Assembly: GCA_964016885.1 (NCBI GenBank)
Contig: OZ024743.1
Location: 313,968,001-314,032,000, forward strand
Source of the DNA: Eledone cirrhosa
Lineage: Eukaryota
Length of the DNA: 64,000 nt
Reading direction: 5' to 3'
A model generated the notes under the pieces. That model saw nothing but the letters and a program-made list of their open reading frames with translations. It had not been told where the DNA came from and made no database searches. The position numbers were made by a program, and so were the translations under genes. The first letter of the stretch is position 1; every line of letters begins with the position of its first letter. Shown piece by piece: positions 52,123 to 64,000 of the stretch.

Positions 52123-52691
52123 TTCACCGTTATTCGAACTGTTTATGTTCGATATTTAAACACTCTTATCGAGGATTGGCGAATGTATGTTTACATAGTC
52201 ATCTGTGGATCCGCCATCCCACTTGGCCCTTGTGTGGCATTATCACCACGCTGTATACGGACACACATAAACAAACAAACACACGGGCAGAAAAGGCCCC
52301 AAAAATGAATAAGCATAAGTTTCATTGTAATGTAGTATTCGAATGTCTGACTTAGTTTTTGTTTTTTAAGTTTTACTTTTTCCCCCCTCTTCTCTGTCCG
52401 TCCGCCTGCTTCTCTCTTCATTCTTATTTTCTTTACGTTTTTGGGGTTTCTTTTTTTGTTTTTGTTTTTCTCTGTTTTTCTCGTTTTTTACTGTTGTTGC
52501 TGTGCTGCTTTTGTTGTTTGTTTTTTCTTTTTTCTTTTGAGTCTATCTATATATTTTGATGCCTTCCTCTTTGTTAGTAGTAGGAATTCTATAATGTGGA
52601 AGTGGTAGCCAGCAGAGACTGGCGGCGTTGGCGATACTGAGACAGTGGTGGTGGTGATGTCGATACCGAGGCAGTGGTGGCGGTGATGCGA

Positions 52692-53337
52692 CCGTATTAC
52701 TGTAGTGATGGTGCTGTAGCGGTGGCAGCAGCAGTGAAGGAGTCAAGGGGTGGTGGCGGCGGTGATGGGATAGTGGTGGTAATGATGGCCGTAGTGAGCG
52801 GTGGCGGTGAAGGTGAAAATGCTGTTGTGTTTAGTGTACACAGATGATGGGGTGGGTGGTGTATCTAGTTTCTGGTGTTGGTGAGTTTCGCTGTCCTATA
52901 TAGTGTAGCCAGAGGAGAGGAGGGGGGGGGGGGTTCTTCTTCTTCCATTTATAGCCATTTTATTTTTTTTTGGATATACAGTGTACAATACAAAGTTGAA
53001 TATTTGAATATTTGAGCCGTATTACTGTAGTGATGGTGCTGTAGCGGTGGCAGCAGCAGTGAAGGAGTTAAGGGGTGGTGGCGGCGGTGATGGGATAGTG
53101 GTGGTAATGATGGCCGTAGTGAGCGGTGGCGGTGAAGGTGAAAATGCTGTTGTGTTTAGTGTACACAGATGATGGGGTGGGTGGTGTATCTAGTTTCTGG
53201 TGTTGGTGAGTTTAGCTGTCCTATATAGTGTAGCCAGAGGAGAGGAGGGGGGGGGGGTTCTTCTTCTTCCATTTATAGCCATTTTTTTTTGGATATACAG
53301 TGTACAATACAAAGTTGAATATTTGAATATTTGAGCC
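52692..53337. repeat. ~323-bp tandem duplication in the leader of the RLE element
   Basis: 52692-53017 is nearly identical to 53018-53337. Confidence 0.9.
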
Positions 53338-53493
53338 TTATAACAATATATTTTGGGTCCGAATTTTTTTGGGGTTCAAGCCGGGTGCTTTACGTAGCAT
53401 TTGTACTAAGAGTTGTTATTTCACAAATGATTTACATATGTTAAAAATTCAAAACTTTTTCATGACCTCCGTCACCTCGTGCGTCTTCTTCCC

Positions 53494-53565
<72 letters not shown>

Positions 53566-53572
53566 GTTGTTG

Positions 53573-55420
53573 TTCTTTGAGTCTCAGTCATTGATGTTAG
53601 TCAACTGGAAAGTTTGTTAAAATGAATATCAAGCCACTACCTGCAGCCTCAGATATTCAGGACGTATCGGAGGGTTCTTGCTGTTCCCAGCACGCATGCC
53701 TTTTGAAGCGTTCCAAAAAGCGTGGCGGGGCCAATTTTCTTTATCCATCCCTGGAAACTTGTTGAGATAGTACCTAGTGCGCCTACGACAATCGGGACCA
53801 CTTTGACTTCATGGCAGTTCCAAATCCTTTTTACCTCCTACTTTAAGTCCTGGTATCGGTTGATTTTCTCCCTCTCCTTCTCTTGCACTCTCGTGTCGAA
53901 TGGGCAGGCCACATCCACAATCAGGTACGATCTTTTTTCTTTGTCCCAAACCACCAGGTCTGGTCTACTGTGTTCCAGTTTCTTGTCCGTCTATATCTTA
54001 AAATCCCACAGCACTTTCACCTGATCGTTTTCTTTCACCGACTCTTGCTTATGCTCATACCACTTCTCAGAATGTGGTAAATTTTTTAATTTGCATAGGT
54101 GCCAGTGGATCACCCTGCCCATCACATCATGTCTCCAGCTCTTATAGTGAGTCTGGGCTAGGTGTTTACACTCGGATACAATGTGAGCCACAGTCTCCTG
54201 TCTCTCGCCACAGATCCTGCACAGTGGGCTAGCTTCCTCCTTCTAAAAATGGTGTTTCAACCACTTCGTTTTGAGGGCCTGCTCTTGCGCAGCCATTAGC
54301 ATTCCTTCTGTAGCCTTTTTAAGGTCTCCTCTTTTCAACCAGTTCCATGTCTGTGGATCTCTGAATTCAGTTTTCTCAAAGAAGGTACTATGAAGGGATA
54401 TTTCATGAAGGCTGCTATTTCACCTTGTTGTTATTTCCTCCCTGGACATCCCCTGGTCTATTGTCCTCTCCTTCAGTACAGTTCTGAGCATTGGCTCCTT
54501 ACTATCAGTCACGTATTTGTGTAGGTTGTTTTTCTCCATCTGAACACAGTCCTCTATGCTGATAAGACCTCTTCCACCTTCAGGTCTCCTTAAGTAGAGT
54601 CTATCGACATCACTCCTCTTGTGGAACATATTGTAGATAGTCAATAGCTTCCTAGTCTTCCTATCCATTTCTTTTTGTTCAGCAACATTCCATCTCAGAA
54701 TTCCCGCACTGTACCTAATAATAGACACAACTCGGGAATTTACTGCACTTATGGCATTCCTACTGTTCAGATGTGACTTTAATACGCTCCTTACTCTCTG
54801 AATGTATTCAGATCTTATCAATTCCTTTTTTTTTTGTTCTTGATGTCATCAGCCTCCAGAACACCCAAATACTTGTATCCTTCTTCAGTGTCAATTTCCT
54901 TTATCATCTCACCTGTAGGTACCTGGATTCCGTTGCTTCTGCTCAATTTACCCCTCTTCATCACAAGGACTCCACACTTACTAATACCAAATTGCATACA
55001 TATATCATTGCTGAAAATACGGACAGTGTCAACAAGCACATCCAACTCCTTCTCACTTTTCCCGAAGAGCTTAAGATCGTCCACGAAGAGGAGGTGATTG
55101 ATGGTAAGCTCTCCCTTTCCCAACTTGTACCCTGCTCTCAATTTTTGCAGTATAATGGTCAGGGGCATCATGGCAAGGACAAACAAGAAATGGGACAGAC
55201 TCTCTACCTGGAAGATACCTCTCTTGATCTTCACGCCTCCCAAGGATACTGCAGCTGATGTTAACTCTGTTTTCCAGGACTTCATACTTTTTCCCAACAA
55301 CTGTCTGATGTTATCTGCCACCCTGAAGATCTCTAGGCTTTTGGTGATCCAAAATGAGGCACCATGTCAAATGCCTTTTTGTAGTCTATCCATCCCATGG
55401 CAAGACCAGTGTGTCTCCTC
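53573..55420 (-). mobile_element. 5'-truncated R4/Dong-like copy 2
   Basis: Homologous RT-RLE fragments, flanked by (TTA)n. Confidence 0.92.
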
Positions 55421-55450
55421 TTATTATTATTATTATTGTTGTCATTACAC

Positions 55451-55966
55451 TTTGAGTCTCAGTCATTGATGTTAGTTAACTGGAAAGTTTGTTGAAATTA
55501 ATATCAAGCCACTACCTGCAGCCTCAGATATTCAGGACGTATCGGAGGGTTCTTGTTGTTCCCAGCAAGCATGCCCTTTGAAGCGTTCCAAAAAGCGTGA
55601 AGGGGCCAATTTTCTTTAACCATCCCTGGAAACCTTTTGAGATAGTCCCTAGTGCGCCTATGACAATCGGGATCACTTTGACTTCATGGCAGTTCCAAAT
55701 CCTTTTTACCTCCCACTTTAAGTCCTGGTATCGGTTAATTTTATCCCTCTCCTTCTCTTGCACTCTCGTGTCGAATGGGCAGGCCACATCCACAATCAGA
55801 CACGATCTTTTTTCTTTGTCCACAACCACCAGGTCAGGTCTATTGTGTTCCAGTTTCTTGTCCGTCTGTATCCTAAAATCCCACAGCACCTTCACCTGAT
55901 CGTTTTCTATCACGGCCTCTGGCTTATGCTCATACCACTTCTCAGAATGTGGTAAATTGTTTACTT
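55451..55966 (-). mobile_element. 5'-truncated R4/Dong-like copy 3 (RLE only)
   Basis: ORF 55524-55913; (TTA)n flank. Confidence 0.9.
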
Positions 55967-55988
55967 TATTATTATTATTATTATTATT

Positions 55989-58900
55989 GAATGCTATGGT
56001 TGACGGAGGCTCGGCTCTGTAAGGTATTGTAAATTTTGACCGCTATAACAATTGTAAATTGTTTAAAACTTTAACCAGCTTGTAGACAAAAACACCCTCC
56101 TCCTCGTGAGAGGGGTCTTTCTGCGCGTTATTTGGCCCTTCGGGGTTAAATAACTGCTTATTGGGGTTTTGTGCCCAATATTTATTTTAGACAAAAAAAC
56201 AACATGGCTACGAAAAAGAATTTTCATAGGTCACTCCCACTCATTCCGTCTTCTTCTTCCTCAATCGTCACTACAGCAGAGAGAAGATTGTCTCTCTCTC
56301 CCTCCCTTCTTTAAATGTGTCTCTCTCCCTTCCTTCTCTTTCGCAAGCGACGACAGAAAAGAAAAGTCTCGTGCAAAGCGTGCAAGATTTCTCCACGACG
56401 ACGACGACAACGACAAAACAGGTGTGCGGGAAATACGAAAACCCATTTCATTCGTCTGACGTCAGGAATGATAGCAGTAGCAGCCTTAATAACAACAGCA
56501 ACAGTGACGATGAAAACAACAGTAACAGCCGCAACAGCATCATCATCAGCATAAACAACAACAGCATTAGCAGCAGCAACAACAACAACAAACACAGCAA
56601 CAGCGGCGGCGGCAGTAGTCGTAGTACCTGCATCAACAACAAAAGTAACAGCAGCTCTGACGACAACAACAACAACAACAGCAGCAAAGAAAAACCAATC
56701 TCGTTTGCAGGTATCGCGAAGAACCTGGAAACCATCCTCATAACAAATGAGGAATTAGAGGAAGCGAAGAAGATGGGGACAAAAACTCGACACCGAGCAA
56801 TCTGCAAGGCAGCGGAAAAATGTTTCGAAACCCAACAGCACTGTACGGTCACGTACCGTACAGTAAGTACAAAATCCCGTAGGGTTGAAAGAGCCACAGA
56901 GGCTCAAATACAAAAAGCCTTGGGGTCTGTGTGGCAGCGGAAAACGCACATCACCCGAGGCAAGAAATATGCCACCGTAGACGTACTGTTTGCCACACAC
57001 CAGGAGGCAAAGGTTCAATCCTTAGTGACCCTAAGGAGTGAGGAAATGGTGTTGGTGCCCTCCTACTGCGGGCAAAAAATTGTGAGGATCAAAATGACCC
57101 ACGTTCCCCCCGGGATGGCCCCTTCTTGGCTGGCCACGTCTGTCCTCGTCGGAATCGAGGACAAAACAACTGTACTGCAAGTACAGAAAAAAATAAGAGA
57201 AGATTGGGTCGGCACCTCCATTGAGATGTTAATCCAAACCAACCAGGAGTGCATCGAAGCTATCCCGGATGTGATAGACTTCGATAACGGCACTCAACTG
57301 CCTATAAGTGTTGAGAGCAAACGCCCGAAATGCTTTCGCTGAGGATCGAAGACTCACCTCAGGGCCTTCTGCAACGAGAAGACCCTGAGAAAGGAGAAAA
57401 CCCCCCTCCTTCCGAAACCGGCTCAACGGCTACCAGCATCAGGACAAGCGGCAACCAGGAATGATAGGTCTGTGACACCCATACCCACGCCACGGAAATC
57501 AAAAACAGCAGCAGCAGTCGAAGTATTTACAACAGCAACAGCAATACCAAATGCAGCTGGAACAGAGACTCCAGTGCAAACATCACCAACAACAAGTGAA
57601 TGAGTGGAGCTGGTACCCCTCCCCGACCTCACAGAATCAGACATGGAGTGTGAGGTGGGAGAGGGATGGAAAAAGGTCGTAAGAAGGCACAAACGCAGAA
57701 GCAGCGCATCGTCGCCTTTGAAAAGGGAGGAAAGAAATGAAAAAAGGGTAAAGTCTACTGCTAAGAGACTCACAGCAGCAACACCACCAACACCATCACC
57801 ACCGGCGACAACCCTACCGCCTACAACACCTTCAACACCACTACCACAAGCTCCAACATCGCAAACACAACAACAAAACACACACACCCAGCAACAACAA
57901 CAAGAAAATAGCAGAACCACACCCCACCCCCAGAAAAACAAATGCACGGCAATAAATACACACAACAAGAAACTAATGACTTACATAATTGAACACACAG
58001 ATATTTCACAACACGACTACATAATACCAGCACCAATCAAATCGCCAACAAACATAAGACTGCTAAAAATAGCACAGAAACAATACACAAACATTAAAAC
58101 GAAATTCCCCAACACAGTTGGTGATTTCAGAGACCTAGGAGGAACTATCAACCGAAGAGTATATTCGGACATACTCATAGAAGAGCCGACGACCAGCCGA
58201 AGGGACGATTCAACGGTCCCTTCACCAGACGATCAAGTGAAAAGGGATGGAAAAAACCATCCCTCCTCTACGAAAAGTACGGTAAGTGGTCTTTCCCATA
58301 TTTTAAACATGACCTCACTCAGAATAGGCAGCATAAATGCGCGTGGCTTGGGGTCGTCATGGAAGCAGGGTCACCTGCTCAACGACCTCAGGTCACTAAA
58401 CATAGATGTAGTGGCCATCAGCGAGACCAGAATCTCCGAAGCACGGGCTTTCGCACCGATCTTCGGCGGCTACGATGTGTACGCATTTCCCAGCCGTCCT
58501 AGATCGGGGGGTGGAGTTGCTGTGCTTTTTCGGAGAGGTTTAGATCTCGCCATACGGGCCATCTTCCTGGACCCAGAGGGTAAGCTGGTGGTGCTGGACG
58601 TGACCAGCGGAGACGGGCAAGCTTTCAGGCTAGTGGCCGTCTATGCCCCGACAGGAGCAGGGCGGCCTGATTTCTTCCGGCGTCTGGAGACCTTTCTTGG
58701 AACGTTCCGCTCTTTAGTGTTAGTGGGCGACTGGAACGGGATCTTAGATGCAGGCTGGGACTGTGTGGGATTAGCGGATAGGGTGGAGGGTGCAAGAGCC
58801 TCACCAACCTGCTCAGGCGTTTTGAACTGTCTGACAGGTACCGATTGGATTTTCCGAATGTGCCAATGTGGACTTGGACAAATCGCATAGGGTCATCCAG

Positions 58901-61900
58901 ATCATATCTAGATAGAGTATTTTGTAGGGAAATAGAAAGGTCTAGCATAGGCTGTCCACAATTCAAGATAGTCAGCTACACGGACCACAAATTCGTGATC
59001 TGTGTGCTTGTCTTAGATAGGCTTCATAGACGAGGACCCGGCTACTGGAAGCTAAACGCGTCCTTACCAGCGCGTAATGCCTACAGAGACCGGATTAGCG
59101 AACTAGTTAAGCGGGCGTTGACGGGGGCCATCGTCAACAACAAGTGGTGGTTTGCTCTGAAAAGAGCGATTAGAATAGAATCGATTAGGTTTAGTAAGGC
59201 TTTAGCAATAGAGAAAAATAGAGCAGAGGGAGAACTAGTTAGAAAATTAGACGAGGCGCTTAGCAAAGGCATTGCGACCGACGTGCTTGCGGCGAAATTG
59301 GCCCTTGACCAATTCTTCAATGCAAAGCACGAAGGCTGCGTTGTCAGAGCAAGGGTGCGTGCTCTCAGACACGATGGGACGAAAGCCGTTCAATGGGCCC
59401 AAGTGGCGGAGGCGCGTCGTGGCAACAAAGCCACGATCCGGTCTTTGGTGGACCACGACGGGCGCATGCTACTCGATCCCGGGCACATGTGTGAAGCTTT
59501 TCAGCGACACTTCGCTCAGCTGTTCGGGGGCAGCGGTGGGCCGGGTCGAGGGATGGACTATAGTGTCTACCTCGACGGACTGCCGCGGCTCTCGGCCACT
59601 GATGCGAAGTGTTGCGAAAAGCCGATAACAGCCACTGAAGTAAGGGAGGAAATGACTGGTTGCACAAGGGGTAAATCGCCTGGTTTGGATGGTCTGCCCT
59701 ATGAACTTTACGTACAGATGCCAGACTTGTTCGGAGGCCTCTTGGTGGACGTCTACTGCAACTGGCAACAGAACAGGAGAATTCCCAGTTCTGTGAGCCG
59801 AGGAGCGGTGGCACTGCTGAGAAAGGATCCGAACAAGGGGGATAACATAGATAATTTCCGGCCCATAACTCTGCTAAACCCAGAGTTCAAGATTTTGGCC
59901 GAGGTGCTAGCAAGGAGGTTGGCGCTTGTCGTTGGTGGTCTGGTGGGAGAGGCGCAGACATGCGCCATTCCCGACAGATCCATCCACGACAACCTCCACC
60001 TCATGCGATACATCGTAGAGAGGGTAGCTAAGGAACCTGGCACGGGTGGGTCCTTGATCAATTTAGATCAGTCGAAAGCTTTCGATAGGGTCGACCATCG
60101 TTACCTAGCGGCAGTCCTGAGGGCGGCGGCTTTGGGCCCGTCTTCAGAGGCTGGATCGCTGCGATGCACAGCGACATCTGCTCTGTGGTGAGAGTGAACG
60201 GTCACCTGTCGGAACCGTTCAACATCATGCGCTCGTTCCGCCAAGGATGTCCCCTCTCGTCCCTCTTGTACGTATTGACTCTCGAACCATTACTGCACAA
60301 ACTGGAGACGTTGAGGGGCGTCCCGCGCGAACTAGGATGCGGAAGATCCGTGTCAGCATATGCGGACGATGTCACCGTAGTGGTGTCGAACGCCAAATAC
60401 ATCGAGGCGATCGGCACTACACTAAGAGAATACGAAGCGGTGACAGGAGCAATGGTCAACCAGGAAAAGCCAGTGGGCCTGCAGCTCGGCACCTGGAGAG
60501 GCAGGTCCATGCCGTCCAACAGCGTTGTCGGACGCTGGACGGACGGACCGGTGAAATTGCTAGGGGTCTGGTTCGGTCCAGACCTCCAGACGGACAAATA
60601 CTGGGACGAGGTGACGAGCAGGGTGGCCTCTCTCACCCAGAAATGGGCGGAGAGGAAGCTATCCCTGAAAGGTCGAGCGGAGGTGGCTAACACGTACATC
60701 GCGTCTGTCATCTGCTACCGCCTGACCGTCGTACCTTGTCCTAAGCCTCGCCTGACTGCGCTGGAGCGTTTGTTCTTTCGCTTTTTGTGGAAGGGACGCG
60801 CTCCGATGGTCAGGCGGTCCATCTGTTGTCAACACCCGCTACTTGGAGGGCTGGGCGTGCCGTGGCTGATGATGCGCAGGCACGCGCTCAGGCTACGACA
60901 TCTCCACCTCTTCCTCGACGGTGATCAGGTGTGGTCGCCTTTTGCTAGACACGTATTTTCCCAGCTCGTTTCCTTGACGGAGCTGCAGTCCTGGGTCAAG
61001 CGAAGACCGAGAGGGAGCGCTTGGAGACTGGAATGTCTTCAGGCGCTCACAGCCCTCGACCAATCTTTTAATGTGATCGGTGGAAACTCCACCTCGGCGT
61101 TCTATAGAGGATTAGTGGAGGGGAAGAGCGACGACGTACTTGGAGAAACTCTAGGCGTCGACGAAAATCAACTAGCCAATCTCTTCGGAAGAACTTTCGG
61201 GCCAGGGCCTATGGACAACTTCCAGAAATCTCTGGCCTGGCAGTGCTACCGAGGAGCCTTGCCAGTTCGGGATAAACTCTACAGGCATGGAGGTGCCGTC
61301 AGCCGGGCATGTCCGAGATGCGCGCAGGGCGACGAAACCGTCCTGTACGCACTCGTCCAGTGTCCGAAAATTGCTGACTTGTGGGTTTATGTCGAACACC
61401 TGCTGTCGCGTTTAGCACGGATCCGGCTATCATCTGAGTCCATCGTGAGGATTTCCCCGCCCTCCTCCTTTAGCCGGGAAGGGCAGGCAGTTTTTATCTG
61501 TCTGGTGGCCATGGCGAAAGAGATAGTATGGTGGACACGTTTGAAAGGGCTGAAGACGAGCACTTACCTCTTCGGTGATGCTCTGATTGACTTTTTCAAA
61601 TTTCATTTGAAAAGGAAAATCAGAGTAGAGAGGGAAGTGCTCTCTTCCCAGCATTTTGTTGAAAGATGGGTGAGAGAAGCAAGAATGGCCCGAGTGAATG
61701 GGCCTACTCTGAGTATATATCTGTAAAGTAAAGGTGGAAAACTGGGAGAGGGCACTTGCCTTGGTGGTCAGGGTCATTGTGGCCTTTTACTGGGCTTTCT
61801 CCACAAATGTCCCTCCGAAGTCTCCCCCCCCCCATATTGGGGAATTTTTCATTGTTATTTTTTGTTACATCCTCTGTTTTCGTTTTTTACACGCAGAAAT

Positions 61901-61981
61901 GCCCATTTGTACCGTCCTGTATTGTCCTGCACTGTCCTTAATGTCTACTTTATGTAAACCCTTGTGGTTAATAAAGAAATC
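55989..61981 (+). mobile_element. Full-length decayed Tx1 copy 2
   Basis: Same ends as copy 1. Stops at 57340 and 57601; frameshifts at ~58250, ~58780 and ~60125. Confidence 0.93.
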
Positions 61982-62002
61982 ATTATTATTATTATTATTA
62001 TT

Positions 62003-62252
62003 GTCTGTAAATTAAAGGTGGAAAACTGGGCGAGGGCACTTGCCCTGGTGGTCAGGGCCACTGTGGTCTTTTAATGGGCTTTCTCCACAAATATCCCTTG
62101 GAAGTCTCCCCCCTATTGGGGAATTTTTCTTTGTTATTTTATTTCAACATCTGTTTTTTTACACGCAGAAATGCCCATTTGTACCGTCCTGTATTGTCCT
62201 GTACTGTCCTTAATGTCTACTTTATGTGAACCCTTGTGGTTAATAAAGAAAA
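62003..62252 (+). mobile_element. Tx1 3' UTR stub
   Basis: Diverged copy of the 3' UTR between (ATT)n tracts. Confidence 0.88.
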
Positions 62253-62303
<51 letters not shown>

Positions 62304-62305
<2 letters not shown>

Positions 62306-63358
62306 GAAATATAATATATATAAACTTTAAATATTAAATGTAACAATGAATTTTATATACATTTATAATTAAATGTATGAATTAATAACATTGTATATAA
62401 AGGATTAATCTATTTACTCAAGGGATGTATCTAATTTATCATGCAAACAGCTATACTTTATTCCATATATTACCAAATATTGGGTAGACAACAATCTATT
62501 GAAACCTTTAATATATTATGAGAGAGTAGTCTGTAATTAAAATTAAATATAAATACATTACTTTTTTATACAAGGGATTAAATTCAGGCACTATATAATG
62601 TCTATTAAAGCAAGGAATTTAATTATTATAATGAGCTAGTTACCTCCCCTTACGCATTAGTTCCCCTTAATTCTATATCCACTTCCGGATATTAAACCGT
62701 TGAACATTCTCGCAGTAGAATAAGTCTAATCCATAAATATGGATAAAATAACACCAAGTTACAATCCATTACTATAACAAACATGCAATACAGATATAAG
62801 TTAAGATATGTCATGGATGTGAAATCTGTAACTTTCATATTCTACACACATACACATTTGAAACTATACAGAAAATATCATCGCATTGCACCCACCATAA
62901 TACACTAACATATTCGTTTATAGTGCTTGTATTTCATGTAATACCTTGCCATACTGTACTCATATATGCATGATATATTTGCTTGTTCCATTCCTTTTTA
63001 TATGACTAACGCATGTACTATCTCTTTGAGTTAATTATTAGACTATTCCCTTGTATTATCTGTTGCATGTATTCCCTGCTTTTAATTTTAATTTTAATTA
63101 TTAAATTTTAATTTTAATTATAATCTTAATTTTAATTATTGTACAATTCTCGTATAATATATGTCGTATCCATTCCACCATTTAAACATGAAACTGTTGT
63201 CCACAACATCAATATATATGTATCTGTATGATTCTTCAGTTGAATAGGAGGTTAATTATATGTACAAAGATTAATAATGCTCCGCGGAGATCAAGCTTAA
63301 GTTTGGAAGAAACAATTGTCAGCGATTAAATGTTTCAAACATAACTTTGATACTTGTG

Positions 63359-63360
<2 letters not shown>
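62304..63360 (+). mobile_element. Inverted copy of the 3' region/pLTR of the Naiad at 39475-41895
   Basis: Reverse complement of ~39560-40750. Degenerate HHR at 63279-63323 (GAAA-CAATTG-TC-AGC). Confidence 0.88.
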
Positions 63361-63431
<71 letters not shown>

Positions 63432-63459
63432 CCACTCTCTCTCTCTCTATATATATATA

Positions 63460-63657
63460 TCGTTTTTGAATTTGTTTAGCAAGATTCTTTATCTGAAAAC
63501 GTGTGTTGAAACCAATATCGTTATACTCTGGGAGGGTCATGTTGCCAATAAGAAACACACGCACCACGTGCTTTCACTTCAATTTATTATAATAAATTTA
63601 TAAATTTAGGAATTTATAAATTTCCGATTGGTTGGTTGGTTCCACAACCAGATGGTT

Positions 63658-63662
<5 letters not shown>
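63460..63662 (-). mobile_element. pLTR end plus tail of the 19350-21470 PLE family
   Basis: Matches 29200-29405 and the reverse complement of 21344-21470. Confidence 0.85.
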
Positions 63663-63721
<59 letters not shown>

Positions 63722-64000
63722 TAATAAAAACAATGAATACAAACAAAGAAATAGTTCCTTATATTAACAAATTCATCATTTTACGATCGTTTCTAGGATA
63801 TATATGTGTGTGTGTTGGTATGTATATCATATAGATCTATGTAAAAATGTTACAAACTATCAGAAGGAATATACAAACCTACACACATATATGCTGTCTT
63901 CAGAAATAATGGTATTTGTATATTGAAAAACACCAACAAAGATTTAATATAATAGGTCTGTTTGGGAACATGTTTTGAATTGACCAATAGAAGAGTAGTA

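Larger units (their letters stand above)
48654..53493 (-). mobile_element. R4/Dong-like RLE non-LTR retrotransposon, near full length (5' boundary uncertain)
   Basis: A single RT-RLE ORF plus ~1.37 kb of upstream sequence. (TAA)n on both sides. Confidence 0.85.

Noticed and set aside
57340-57342. TGA at a zinc-knuckle Cys in Tx1 copy 2
   Set aside because: Copy 1 has TGT; this is a simple nonsense mutation in a decayed copy.
57604-58890. ORF1-endonuclease fusion protein
   Set aside because: Produced by indels near 58250-58300 in the decayed copy; separate ORFs in copy 1.

Overview
AT-rich eukaryotic (metazoan) genomic DNA, probably cephalopod (Octopus-like SINE fragments). No host protein-coding exon can be supported. 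Most short ORFs in the track are microsatellite or antisense artefacts. The window is almost entirely mobile elements nested in microsatellites. (i) 1-41.9 kb and 62.3-63.7 kb: a dense field of Penelope-like retroelements (PLEs; Naiad-type and other GIY-YIG families) and non-coding derivatives, mostly inserted in (TA)n tracts. They carry about 20 intact or degenerate type I hammerhead ribozyme (HHR) motifs, including U3-A8 and CUGAGAA core variants. Two tandem ~438-bp HHR repeats look like retrozymes, and several elements form kb-scale fold-back palindromes. (ii) 7.7-12.5 kb: a decayed Helitron RepHel gene on the minus strand. (iii) 42.0-62.3 kb: a nest of two unrelated non-LTR retrotransposons sharing a (TTA)n/(TAA)n target on opposite strands. 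One is an APE-type Tx1/L1 element (one apparently intact copy, one decayed, two 3' stubs). The other is an RLE-type R4/Dong-like element (one near full length, two truncated). The nest lies between a Naiad body and its inverted terminal repeat. A possible promoter/first exon lies at ~37.2-37.3 kb. All RNA structures were folded by eye and boundaries are approximate.
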